Shown piece after piece: positions 15,570 to 23,817 of a DNA stretch of 32,000 nt; within the stretch, counting starts at the first letter, position 1, and every line of letters begins with the position of its first letter. The notes below the pieces were generated by a model. The model searched no databases, was not told the origin of the DNA, and saw only the letters and a program-made list of their open reading frames with translations. The translations under genes and the position numbers were made by a program. Source of the DNA: Ruminococcus albus 7 = DSM 20455. GTDB lineage: Bacteria; Bacillota; Clostridia; Oscillospirales; Ruminococcaceae. The DNA lies in the NCBI RefSeq assembly GCF_000179635.2, contig NC_014824.1, positions 1-32,000 of the forward strand. The letters run 5' to 3'.

Positions 15570-18500
15570 ATGGCTTTAACAGTATTTGATATCAAAAGAA
15601 TATTACAGCCTAAAATCTCAACTATGCCTTCTGATGATTTCAGGATCATTGATTCTTGGGTAGAAGTCGATGAAAATTCATCCAAATCTGTTCCCAAACG
15701 ACCGATCAAATATCTCTGTTTTAAGATAGAGGTCATTAATCCCGGAAACGGTGAAAAAAACACTATTTATAAAGCACTAAAATTTTACAGAGTTAAAAGA
15801 CTGCCTAAGTCCTCAAAAGAATCAAAAACCTTTATGGATATGCACTCACAGGTTTTGGCAGCTCTTTACGAAAATGAGATCAATTTTGTAACTATAATAG
15901 CAAATATCATGGATCCTCCGTTAGGACTGCTTTTCCTGTACGGTGTTCAGGGCGTTTCAAAAGATCTCGAAGAAGCAAAAATGATAGCGGATACAGATTA
16001 TGTATCTCTCGGTGCAGCGCTGCAGGGAACGTATAAAGTTCTTCATATGTCTCACATAGAACAGCAGGAGACCGAATGGCTGAGACAAAAGATGTTCAAT
16101 ATGGAATACCTGACTGCTGTAAGAGGTATCCCGAAGGCGAATTCTCTTGGTGTTAGTGTTTCAAAAACGACAATGGATAATAAACCCCAGAATCCCGACG
16201 GAACAGGCACACTTGAGGAAATAATTCTCGGTATGTCTGATTATGAGTATGTAATTCAGATTCTTTCAACTCCTGTTAAGATGGATACCTTGACAGCCTG
16301 GAGCATGGCAAACCAGATGAACATGACTGAATGGAATGAACAGCTGCAGGGTACTAAAAGTCTTAATTTTTCGCTTAGTATCCCTATGATGTATATGGCA
16401 AATACATCAAATTCTAAGGGATGGAATCAAGCATATTCTGATTCCTCAACTTTGTCTCACGGTACCGGACAGTCCTTTAATACCGGCTATGGTGAGAACC
16501 TCAGTAATGGTTTGAGCATGAATTATGGTCAGGCTATAGGTCAGTCTTCCGGTCATTCGTTTTCTAATACCATTTCCAACACTGAATCCATATCTCAAAG
16601 TGTAAGTCACGGTCAATCTCTGACTCACAGTGTCGGAGAAAGTCTCGGGCTTTCTCAGGGGCATACACAGGGCCTTACTCAGGGCGTTTCAGAAAATTTT
16701 GGTCATAATACATCCAACAGTCTTAATCACAGTATAAGCAATAATGTGTCCAACAGTTTCGGATTGAGCCAAAATCATGGCTATTCTCACGGAAATTCCG
16801 TAAATATCGGGGAAAGTATCAATCAAAGTGCCGGAATTTCAGAGGGGTATGGTGCTAGTATATCTCAGAATTCCAGTCATTCGCTAAATCACGGTTCGAG
16901 TATCAATAGCTCGATATCTCAATCACAGGGCTTTAGCCAGAGTCAATCATATAATCAATCCCTTGGTCAGTCATCCTCAATGTCCAACTCTATTTCAAGC
17001 GGCAGATCTATGAATTTCGGTCATGGTGAAAGTTGGAACGAAGGTCAGAATTTTTCTCATGGTAATTCTTTGACTTCATCCGAAGGACAGAGCTATGGTC
17101 ATAGTGCAAACTCAGGCAGCAGTTGGAATAATTCGGAAGGATTCTCGGATGGATGGTCGCATGGATCATCCATGAATTCAGGAACATCATCAGGAAGTTC
17201 TGTTAGTTCCGGTTCATCGGAAAACAGCGGTTTATCCAATTCTGTGTCGAATAATGTTTCGCTGGGAATCGGTCCGGTCAACAGCAGTGGCGGCGACGGA
17301 CAGAATTTTTCATCTTCGTCAGGCTACTCTTCCAGCACTTCTGAAAATTTGGGCCACAGCACGGGGTACGGTACAAGTGATTCGAATAATTATGGTCATA
17401 ACAATAGCTTCAGCAATGGTGGTTCTTTCTCCCAGGGCGAAAATTGGGGTGCAAGCAGTTCTTTATCTCAAGGAATGTCCACAAGCGAAGGCTTGAGTTT
17501 CGGTCATGGCGGTTCGATAAATGAATCATATGGCTTTAATTCATCGCAGTCACAGGGTATCACAAACGGTACATCCTTTAGCCAGTCGATTGGTACAGGT
17601 CAATCATTATCCAGTACTCAAGGCATTTCAAACGGATGGGGTCAGAGCTATTCATACGGTGAATCTGCTGGCATGGGCGTTTCTCAGAGTCAGAATCAGG
17701 GATTCTCTCAGAGTTATGGTTCAGGGTCATCCTTTAGTCAGGGTGACAGCCAATCTATATCGGAATCCGTTGGAACGTCTCAAAGCCAGTCTGTCGGCTC
17801 CGGAGAATCGTGGGGTCTTGGTCAGTCGGAAGGTTTTTCCGAAAGTATGGGATATTCAAGATCTGCGTCCGATTCCGTATCTCAGTCTGTTACAAATAGT
17901 ATTTCAAACTCCGATAGCTTCGGAAGATCTATTTCACAGTCTCAGGGTTATTCTCAGGGTATAAGCAGAGGAATGTCTCTCGGAGAAACATCATCACAGT
18001 CATACACACAGAATGTTTCTCAGGGTGCATCAATGAGCACCGGATCCAGTAAATCTGTTTCACAGGGACAGAGTATTTCGGAAAGCAATGGAAGAAGCTT
18101 AGGTCAGTCTATGGGTACTTCAGGTGCTTTTGCGACATCAACCGGCGGATCTATGGGACTCGGCCCTTCGATAAGCTATGGTAAATCTTATCAGTGGCTT
18201 GATCAGCAAGTTAAAGACATTCTGGAAATTCTCAATTATGAGAATGAAAGACTAAAAAATGCTTTAAAAGGTAACGGTGCATTTTACACTGACGTTTATA
18301 TTGCGTGTACGTCACAGGATGCACTTGCAGCAGCAAAAGCTCTCGCCAAGTCATCTTGGCAAAACGACCAGGCACTTAGAATGCCTATTCAAGTTCTTGA
18401 CCTTGAATCAGAAGAACAGAGACATCTGCTTTATCATTTTAGCGCTTTTTCGGCGGATATTACAAGGACTTCGGTGTACGGAGTATCTGAATACAAATAT

Positions 18501-20015
18501 ACTACAGTTTTGCTACCAAGTGAACTTGTAGCATATACTCATCCACCGAGAGCTTCGGAAGGCGGTATTTACAGCGATGTAAATGACGTTCCTAAATTCG
18601 CCGTACCTTCGATGATGCAGGGTGAGATATACATGGGTACGATTCTTTCTGCTGAAAGATGGACTATAAACAACGGGTATAAAACGCCGTTTGATTATAG
18701 AATAGATGAATCTATGCTTATGCACGGTTATTTTACAGGTCAGTCAAGATCCGGTAAAACCGTAGCTGCAATGAGATTCATTGCCGAACTATCAAGAGCG
18801 AGAAGAAAGCAAACAGGAAAGCGTTTTAGAATAGTATGTATGGATCCTAAATCTGATTGGAGATCACTTGCAAGGTTCGTCGAGCCCGAAAGATTCAATT
18901 TCTACAGCCTTGGCAATCCGAATTTCCATCCGATTCATTTTAATCCGTGTAAGATACCATACGGTGTTTTCCCGCAGAAATGGGTAGACGGTCTTATCGA
19001 GATCTTCTGCCGTGCTTACGGGCTCCTTGAAAGAGGTAAACAAATCATGGCTGAAACTATTTTTGCTCTTTACAGAAAAGCAGGAGTTTTTGATGCCTTG
19101 GACGATCCTAATTGGAAGGATGTAGTGCCGGAACTTTCCAAGAAGGTGACTTTCAAGAAGATCTACAAGCATATGGAATCATGCAAGATCGCTCTTGATG
19201 ACTCTAGCAATCCTAAAGGCAGAGCCGGAAACGACACAAGAGACGCTTATTCAAGAATTCTTGAACGTCTGTCATGCTTCGGAAGAGAATATTCGATAGA
19301 ATCGAAACTTTTCGGAGAAGAAGATGGAATGGGAATAGATGATCTGATAGGAGACGATGATATCACAGTTCTTGAATCCTCGGGGCTGGAATCAACTTTC
19401 TCCAACTTCATATTCGGTGTAATAACATCAGGATTCTATCAGTATGGTAAAGCTCAGGAAGGAGGCTATAAAGCTCCTGATCAGTATGAAACAATACTGG
19501 TCATAGAGGAGGCAAATAAAGTCCTTACAGGTAATGATACAGCAGGTACAGGGGGAGGTTCATCGTTGAGCCTCGGCGGACAATCTGAGTTTGAAGAAAT
19601 ACTTGACCAGTCAGCCGGCTATGGTCTGTTTGTAATTGCTATAACACAGAAAATAGCTGACATGCCATCCTCGATCATGGCAAATGCAGGTCTTGTGTTT
19701 GCGGGACGTCTTAAGAGAGTAGAGGATATAAATGTAGTAATCAGAACGATAGCGCGTGAAGAGAAGTTTGAAGATCGTGACATAGTTAAGTGGTTCCCAA
19801 GATCACCTACAGGTTGGTTTATTTGCCAGACATCACGAGGTTATGACTTTTTGGACGCCGAACCCGTTCTTGTTAATATCGCTCCGCTTAACTTTGATCC
19901 GCCTACAAATGATGAGATAGATGAAGTTCTGACACGTAAAAAGATAGATATCATGCTTCGCAACAATGCAAGGAACGATGCACTCGATCATTCTCAGATC
20001 TCGGTTACAGTTTAA
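15570..20015 (+). CDS. Giant HerA/FtsK/VirB4-superfamily (DUF87/AAA_10-like) P-loop ATPase split by a low-complexity domain of about 590 aa, 1481 aa
   Basis: AAAGGAGA RBS. Globular N-terminal region, aa 1-277. Low-complexity region, aa 278-874. In the C-terminal part: Walker A GQSRSGKT (aa 1057-1064), then RIVCMDPKSDW and HPIHFNP, Walker B ILVIEEANK (aa 1309-1317, HerA-type hhhhEEAH/N) and FVIAITQKIADMPSSIMANAG (HerA/FtsK-like sensor region). Confidence 0.8.
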   Translation: MALTVFDIKRILQPKISTMPSDDFRIIDSWVEVDENSSKSVPKRPIKYLCFKIEVINPGNGEKNTIYKALKFYRVKRLPKSSKESKTFMDMHSQVLAALYENEINFVTIIANIMDPPLGLLFLYGVQGVSKDLEEAKMIADTDYVSLGAALQGTYKVLHMSHIEQQETEWLRQKMFNMEYLTAVRGIPKANSLGVSVSKTTMDNKPQNPDGTGTLEEIILGMSDYEYVIQILSTPVKMDTLTAWSMANQMNMTEWNEQLQGTKSLNFSLSIPMMYMANTSNSKGWNQAYSDSSTLSHGTGQSFNTGYGENLSNGLSMNYGQAIGQSSGHSFSNTISNTESISQSVSHGQSLTHSVGESLGLSQGHTQGLTQGVSENFGHNTSNSLNHSISNNVSNSFGLSQNHGYSHGNSVNIGESINQSAGISEGYGASISQNSSHSLNHGSSINSSISQSQGFSQSQSYNQSLGQSSSMSNSISSGRSMNFGHGESWNEGQNFSHGNSLTSSEGQSYGHSANSGSSWNNSEGFSDGWSHGSSMNSGTSSGSSVSSGSSENSGLSNSVSNNVSLGIGPVNSSGGDGQNFSSSSGYSSSTSENLGHSTGYGTSDSNNYGHNNSFSNGGSFSQGENWGASSSLSQGMSTSEGLSFGHGGSINESYGFNSSQSQGITNGTSFSQSIGTGQSLSSTQGISNGWGQSYSYGESAGMGVSQSQNQGFSQSYGSGSSFSQGDSQSISESVGTSQSQSVGSGESWGLGQSEGFSESMGYSRSASDSVSQSVTNSISNSDSFGRSISQSQGYSQGISRGMSLGETSSQSYTQNVSQGASMSTGSSKSVSQGQSISESNGRSLGQSMGTSGAFATSTGGSMGLGPSISYGKSYQWLDQQVKDILEILNYENERLKNALKGNGAFYTDVYIACTSQDALAAAKALAKSSWQNDQALRMPIQVLDLESEEQRHLLYHFSAFSADITRTSVYGVSEYKYTTVLLPSELVAYTHPPRASEGGIYSDVNDVPKFAVPSMMQGEIYMGTILSAERWTINNGYKTPFDYRIDESMLMHGYFTGQSRSGKTVAAMRFIAELSRARRKQTGKRFRIVCMDPKSDWRSLARFVEPERFNFYSLGNPNFHPIHFNPCKIPYGVFPQKWVDGLIEIFCRAYGLLERGKQIMAETIFALYRKAGVFDALDDPNWKDVVPELSKKVTFKKIYKHMESCKIALDDSSNPKGRAGNDTRDAYSRILERLSCFGREYSIESKLFGEEDGMGIDDLIGDDDITVLESSGLESTFSNFIFGVITSGFYQYGKAQEGGYKAPDQYETILVIEEANKVLTGNDTAGTGGGSSLSLGGQSEFEEILDQSAGYGLFVIAITQKIADMPSSIMANAGLVFAGRLKRVEDINVVIRTIAREEKFEDRDIVKWFPRSPTGWFICQTSRGYDFLDAEPVLVNIAPLNFDPPTNDEIDEVLTRKKIDIMLRNNARNDALDHSQISVTV
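16401..18191 (+). repeat. Cryptic 6-nt-periodic coding repeat encoding ([S/G/N/T/A]-X)n, in two arms separated by a one-residue register slip at Gly568-Pro569
   Basis: Hand parse of the translation. From N278 to I567 every first dipeptide position is S, G, N, T or A (about 145 dipeptides). G568-P569-V570 then shift the register by one residue. From N571 to Y874 the rule holds again (about 152 dipeptides). Confidence 0.85.
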
Positions 20016-20033
20016 TCGGATCATACTATATAA

Positions 20034-20079
20034 AAATATCCCGACTAAAGTTCGTCGGGATATTTCTATTTATTTTTTT
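20034..20079 (+). terminator. Rho-independent terminator after the giant ATPase gene
   Basis: A 12-bp stem AAATATCCCGAC / GTCGGGATATTT with an 8-nt loop, followed by a T-rich tail (TTTATTTTTTT). Confidence 0.85.
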
Positions 20080-20088
20080 CAAAATAAA

Positions 20089-20105
20089 AAATTTTCTGCT
20101 ATAAT
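20089..20105 (+). promoter_or_regulatory. Recurrent promoter motif copy P7 (AAATTTTCTGCTATAAT), Tad assembly operon
   Basis: Perfect consensus copy with extended -10 TGCTATAAT, 32 nt upstream of ATG 20137. Confidence 0.6.
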
Positions 20106-20136
20106 ATAATTAGTATAAAAAAAGGAGAGATATACA

Positions 20137-20898
20137 ATGTCAAAATCTCATAAAATTACCATTCTTTTGATCTTGGCGGTCATATCTGCAATAGTTACTG
20201 GTACTTTGATCTATAAGTACTGCAATTCAACCAAAGGCTTTATTTACGTATTTAATGATGATTATAAAGCCGGCGCAAAGATCGAAAAGAGTATGCTTTC
20301 GCCTATGAAGGTTGACGATCAGATAATCAAGACAGGACAAAAGGGAGGTCTTGAAAGCTACTACATAACCGGTGAAAATTACTCTAAGGTCGTAGAACGT
20401 AATGAGTATCTGCTTAACGATGTTGTGAAAAATCAGCCGCTGACACTCGTAGATCTTGCTATGACGAGCGGTTCGAGTATTGAAAGGTCGCTGTCCGGCA
20501 ACGGAATGGCTGTTACTATCCCTATATCCGGAACAGCTGCTGTTACGGACGAATTAAGAGTCGGTTCTGTTGTCAACATTTATTCAAGCGACGCAAGTGG
20601 AACAAAACTCTTGTTTGAAAACATGAGAATAATTGCCAGAAATAATGAAAACTCTGTATCCAAGGTGACATTTGAAACATCACCGGATGATACATTAGAT
20701 CTTATAAATGCAGCAAACAACAAAAAACTTTACTTCTCACTGGTATCACCTGTACTTGATGAAAATGCTCATTCGGGCTATGTGGTAACGGAAGAAGAAA
20801 AGGAAGAATCCATTATTATAAATGATAATGATCCTGATTATACCGAAGATGTTCAGATCCCGGAGGATAATCTTCCTGAGGATACATCATCTAAATAA
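20137..20898 (+). CDS. cpaB: CpaB/RcpC-like Flp pilus assembly protein, 253 aa
   Basis: N-terminal TM (ITILLILAVISAIVTGTLIY). A SAF-like stretch IYVFNDDYKAGAKIEKSMLSPMKV. The segment GMAVTIPISG...LRVGSVVNIYSS resembles the CpaB core. First gene of the Tad operon. Confidence 0.6.
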   Translation: MSKSHKITILLILAVISAIVTGTLIYKYCNSTKGFIYVFNDDYKAGAKIEKSMLSPMKVDDQIIKTGQKGGLESYYITGENYSKVVERNEYLLNDVVKNQPLTLVDLAMTSGSSIERSLSGNGMAVTIPISGTAAVTDELRVGSVVNIYSSDASGTKLLFENMRIIARNNENSVSKVTFETSPDDTLDLINAANNKKLYFSLVSPVLDENAHSGYVVTEEEKEESIIINDNDPDYTEDVQIPEDNLPEDTSSK

Positions 20899-20920
20899 AT
20901 CTTTAACGGAGGGATTTAAT

Positions 20921-22462
20921 TTGAATAAAGTACTGATAGTAGATAACAGAGCAGCTTATTATCAAAACATTAAAACAAGAATCGAAATAAGTGATGAACT
21001 TGAACTCGATGCAGAAATTTTCCTGTATACTGATTACAGCGAATTCCAGGAGCATATTACAAAGAATCACTATGACATGATAGCTGTGGTAAGCGGAGTT
21101 ATAATGTCTGATGATTTTGTGATACCGGCTGAGCAGAAACTCCTTGGATATCTTGAAAGGAAAAATTCCGATAATTCTATTTTTGTTAATAGCGGTATTG
21201 TTGATCTCGGCTATTTCAATGATTCGTTTGAAATGCTTCAAACGCTTGAAAAAATGCAGCCGAACGATGCTGAAATAAAAAATGAAACCAAAAATGAAAC
21301 TCCTGTAACAGCTTTATCAGTAGAAAACACAAACGCAGAAACAACTATAAAGCCTGATGCAGAGGAAGTAAGAGGAATAAGAAGTGAAACAAAAGCAGAA
21401 AATGCGGCTGAAAAAGCTTTTTTCTGTTCGAACTGCGGAATGAAATTACTGCCGGAAACTAGATTCTGTCATATATGCGGAACTCCTGTAGACGATGCTG
21501 ATGCTATGATACGAAATGCGGCTATAGACAGAGATGATCGCACGGATGATATTGAAAAACTTGTAGCTGAAGATCTCAAACTCCAGCGCCATCAATGTAA
21601 AGTGGTATCATCTTATGCTGCTAAAGGCGGTGTTGGCAAGACAACTATTGCCGCAAATCTGGCAGTACTTCTGGCACGTACTACTACAGACAGACGCAAA
21701 ACCAGGGTGTGTATCGTAGATTTCAATATTGATTTTGGAAACATTCGGACTACACTGAATTTCTCGCGTAAGGATGTAACAATGATCGACTGGCTTGCTA
21801 ACATCGATGCAAAAATCGGTGAAGGTATAGACCCAAAGGAAATAAAATATTCAAAGGAAGAGATCGAGTGTTTCCTGCAAAAGAAATCTTTTAAGAAAAC
21901 CTTGAGTAATGACGAAACCGAGATCTATGGTCTTATTGCTCCGCTTATACATAAAGATTCCATGGGCATACCCGAAAAAAGCTTTGAAGTAATGCTGAGA
22001 AATCTAAAAGAAAACGGCGATTTTGATTATATAATCTGTGATACAGGCAACAATACCCGTGATTCGTCTTTTACGGCGCTCGAACTTTCGGATAAAATTC
22101 TGCTTATAGCTACTCAGGACGTTACGACTGTAGATTGCAATGACAGTTTCCTTAAGACCATGGATGAAATATCTGATTTTGATAAAGGAAAAGTTTATCT
22201 GGTTATAAATAACATTATATCTGCAAAAGAAACAGGCGTTTCAGTAAAGGATATAGAAGAGGCAGTGCCGGAATTTCCGTGTATTGGAAGGATCAGAAGA
22301 AATACAAGTGTAACTCTTGCTAATAATAAGGGTATCCCTGCGGCTCTTGACTCGGGTGCTCCGTTTACGAGGGAGCTTTCTGAGATAGTATCAGCCATAA
22401 TCGATGAAGATCTTGAGATCAAGCCGAAGAAAAAAGGTATTTTTTCATTCTTGAGGAAATAA
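20921..22462 (+). CDS. tadZ: TadZ/CpaE-like pilus-localisation ATPase (pseudo-receiver N-domain, inserted zinc ribbon, MinD/ParA-type ATPase), 513 aa
   Basis: Start refined to TTG 20921 (GGAGGG at 20909-20914). The track start at 20822 overlaps cpaB. MNKVLIVDNRAAYY... is receiver-like. Zinc ribbon CSNCGMKLLPETRFCHICG. Deviant Walker A SYAAKGGVGKTTIAANLA. Walker B-like YIICD. Confidence 0.75.
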   Translation: MNKVLIVDNRAAYYQNIKTRIEISDELELDAEIFLYTDYSEFQEHITKNHYDMIAVVSGVIMSDDFVIPAEQKLLGYLERKNSDNSIFVNSGIVDLGYFNDSFEMLQTLEKMQPNDAEIKNETKNETPVTALSVENTNAETTIKPDAEEVRGIRSETKAENAAEKAFFCSNCGMKLLPETRFCHICGTPVDDADAMIRNAAIDRDDRTDDIEKLVAEDLKLQRHQCKVVSSYAAKGGVGKTTIAANLAVLLARTTTDRRKTRVCIVDFNIDFGNIRTTLNFSRKDVTMIDWLANIDAKIGEGIDPKEIKYSKEEIECFLQKKSFKKTLSNDETEIYGLIAPLIHKDSMGIPEKSFEVMLRNLKENGDFDYIICDTGNNTRDSSFTALELSDKILLIATQDVTTVDCNDSFLKTMDEISDFDKGKVYLVINNIISAKETGVSVKDIEEAVPEFPCIGRIRRNTSVTLANNKGIPAALDSGAPFTRELSEIVSAIIDEDLEIKPKKKGIFSFLRK

Positions 22463-22474
22463 GGAGAAGTCAAA

Positions 22475-23800
22475 ATGAGCCTTATTGAAAAAATAATTAA
22501 TAAAGCCGAAAAAGAAAAACAGAGCTTGGCCGATAAAATACAGTCAGAATCCGTTATTCTTGATTCACAACAGCAGGATACAGCCAATGCCTTGATAAAA
22601 GAGATCAGTTCCGAAAACTTCGACACTATCACTTTGAAAGGTATTGATAATTCGGTTAATGAACTGAAAGATCAGCTTCATAAAAAAATTGAAGCACTGG
22701 ATGTTTCATATGAGGAAAAGCTGAAGCTTGAAAAGAACATTGCTGCGAATATATCAGGCCTGGGTCCTCTTGAAGAATTTATGTCAGATCCGGATATCAC
22801 CGAAATAATGGTCTTGCGATATGATCATGTCGTTATCGAGAAGAACGGTGAGAAGATCAATACCGACGTCAAATTCCAGTCCGAACTGCATCTTGTAAAC
22901 GTGATCCAGCGTATAGTTCAGCCAATAGGCAGACAGATAAATCTCTCTACACCAATCGTTGATGCGAGATTGTCTGATGGTTCTCGTGTAAATGCGACGA
23001 TACCGCCCGTATCCGTGGATGGAGCAACTTTAACTATTAGAAAATTTTCTAATAAAGCTTTGACCGGAGAAGATTATCTCAAGCTCGGTACATTAAATCA
23101 GGAAATGCTTGATTTTCTTTGTGCTGCAGTAAAAGGGAAGGCAAATATAATCGTATCCGGCGGAACAAATACGGGAAAAACTACGCTTTTGAATATGCTT
23201 TCGGGTTTTATCCCGGAAGAAGAAATGGTAATTACAATAGAAGATTCATGTGAGCTTCAGCTCAAATCTCCGAATGTAAGAAGACTTGAAGCTAAAGATT
23301 CTCTGGCTACAGACAGAGTGATGAAGATAGATATAAAAGCCTTGGTAAAAAACTCTTTGAGAATGAATCCTGACAGGATAATTGTCGGAGAGATACGTGA
23401 CGGGACGATCGTTGATATGATATCTGCCATGAGTACCGGTCATGAAGGTTCAATGTCTACGACTCATGCTAATAGTCCTGCCAATCTTGTCAATTCGAGG
23501 ATCCCGATTTTTTATAGTATGGCTAATGCAAGCTTTACCGCTGAAACACAAGCACTTCAGGTAGCAGAAGCACTGGATCTTATCGTTCAGATAGGATTCA
23601 GAAATAAAAAAAGAGTCATAACACATATAACAGAAGTTTCGGGTGCTTCAGATTACAGGATAAACCTCAAAGATATTTTTACTTATGACTCAAACGGAGG
23701 TTTCTCCGCAACAGGATACGTTCCCAAAACATTATTATCCAGACTCAAAGCGTATGGTTCTGAGATTGATGAAAAAGTATTCGACCCCAAAAAATCGTAA
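22475..23800 (+). CDS. tadA: CpaF/TadA secretion ATPase (T2SSE family), 441 aa
   Basis: Motifs: GLGPLEEFMSDPDITEIMV, Walker A SGGTNTGKTTLLN, Asp box/Walker B PDRIIVGEIRDG, His box GHEGSMSTTHANS. Confidence 0.9.
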   Translation: MSLIEKIINKAEKEKQSLADKIQSESVILDSQQQDTANALIKEISSENFDTITLKGIDNSVNELKDQLHKKIEALDVSYEEKLKLEKNIAANISGLGPLEEFMSDPDITEIMVLRYDHVVIEKNGEKINTDVKFQSELHLVNVIQRIVQPIGRQINLSTPIVDARLSDGSRVNATIPPVSVDGATLTIRKFSNKALTGEDYLKLGTLNQEMLDFLCAAVKGKANIIVSGGTNTGKTTLLNMLSGFIPEEEMVITIEDSCELQLKSPNVRRLEAKDSLATDRVMKIDIKALVKNSLRMNPDRIIVGEIRDGTIVDMISAMSTGHEGSMSTTHANSPANLVNSRIPIFYSMANASFTAETQALQVAEALDLIVQIGFRNKKRVITHITEVSGASDYRINLKDIFTYDSNGGFSATGYVPKTLLSRLKAYGSEIDEKVFDPKKS

Positions 23801-23817
23801 AAGGAAAGAAGGATACA

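Noticed and set aside
16401-18191. Possibility that the repeat region is a CRISPR array, a tandem DNA satellite or a contingency locus
   Set aside because: There are no exact direct repeats or spacers at the nucleotide level. The periodicity is at the codon-pair level with degenerate codon choice, and the reading frame is continuous with the flanking domains.
16446-18531. Alternative-frame and antisense ORFs inside the low-complexity region of the giant ATPase gene (+ 17254-17496, 17521-17964, 18277-18531; - 16446-16664, 17008-17190, 17099-17281)
   Set aside because: They lie inside a 4.4-kb ORF that has clear ATPase motifs and an RBS. The 6-nt periodic, stop-poor composition keeps the other frames open by chance. 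None has an RBS or a recognisable product.
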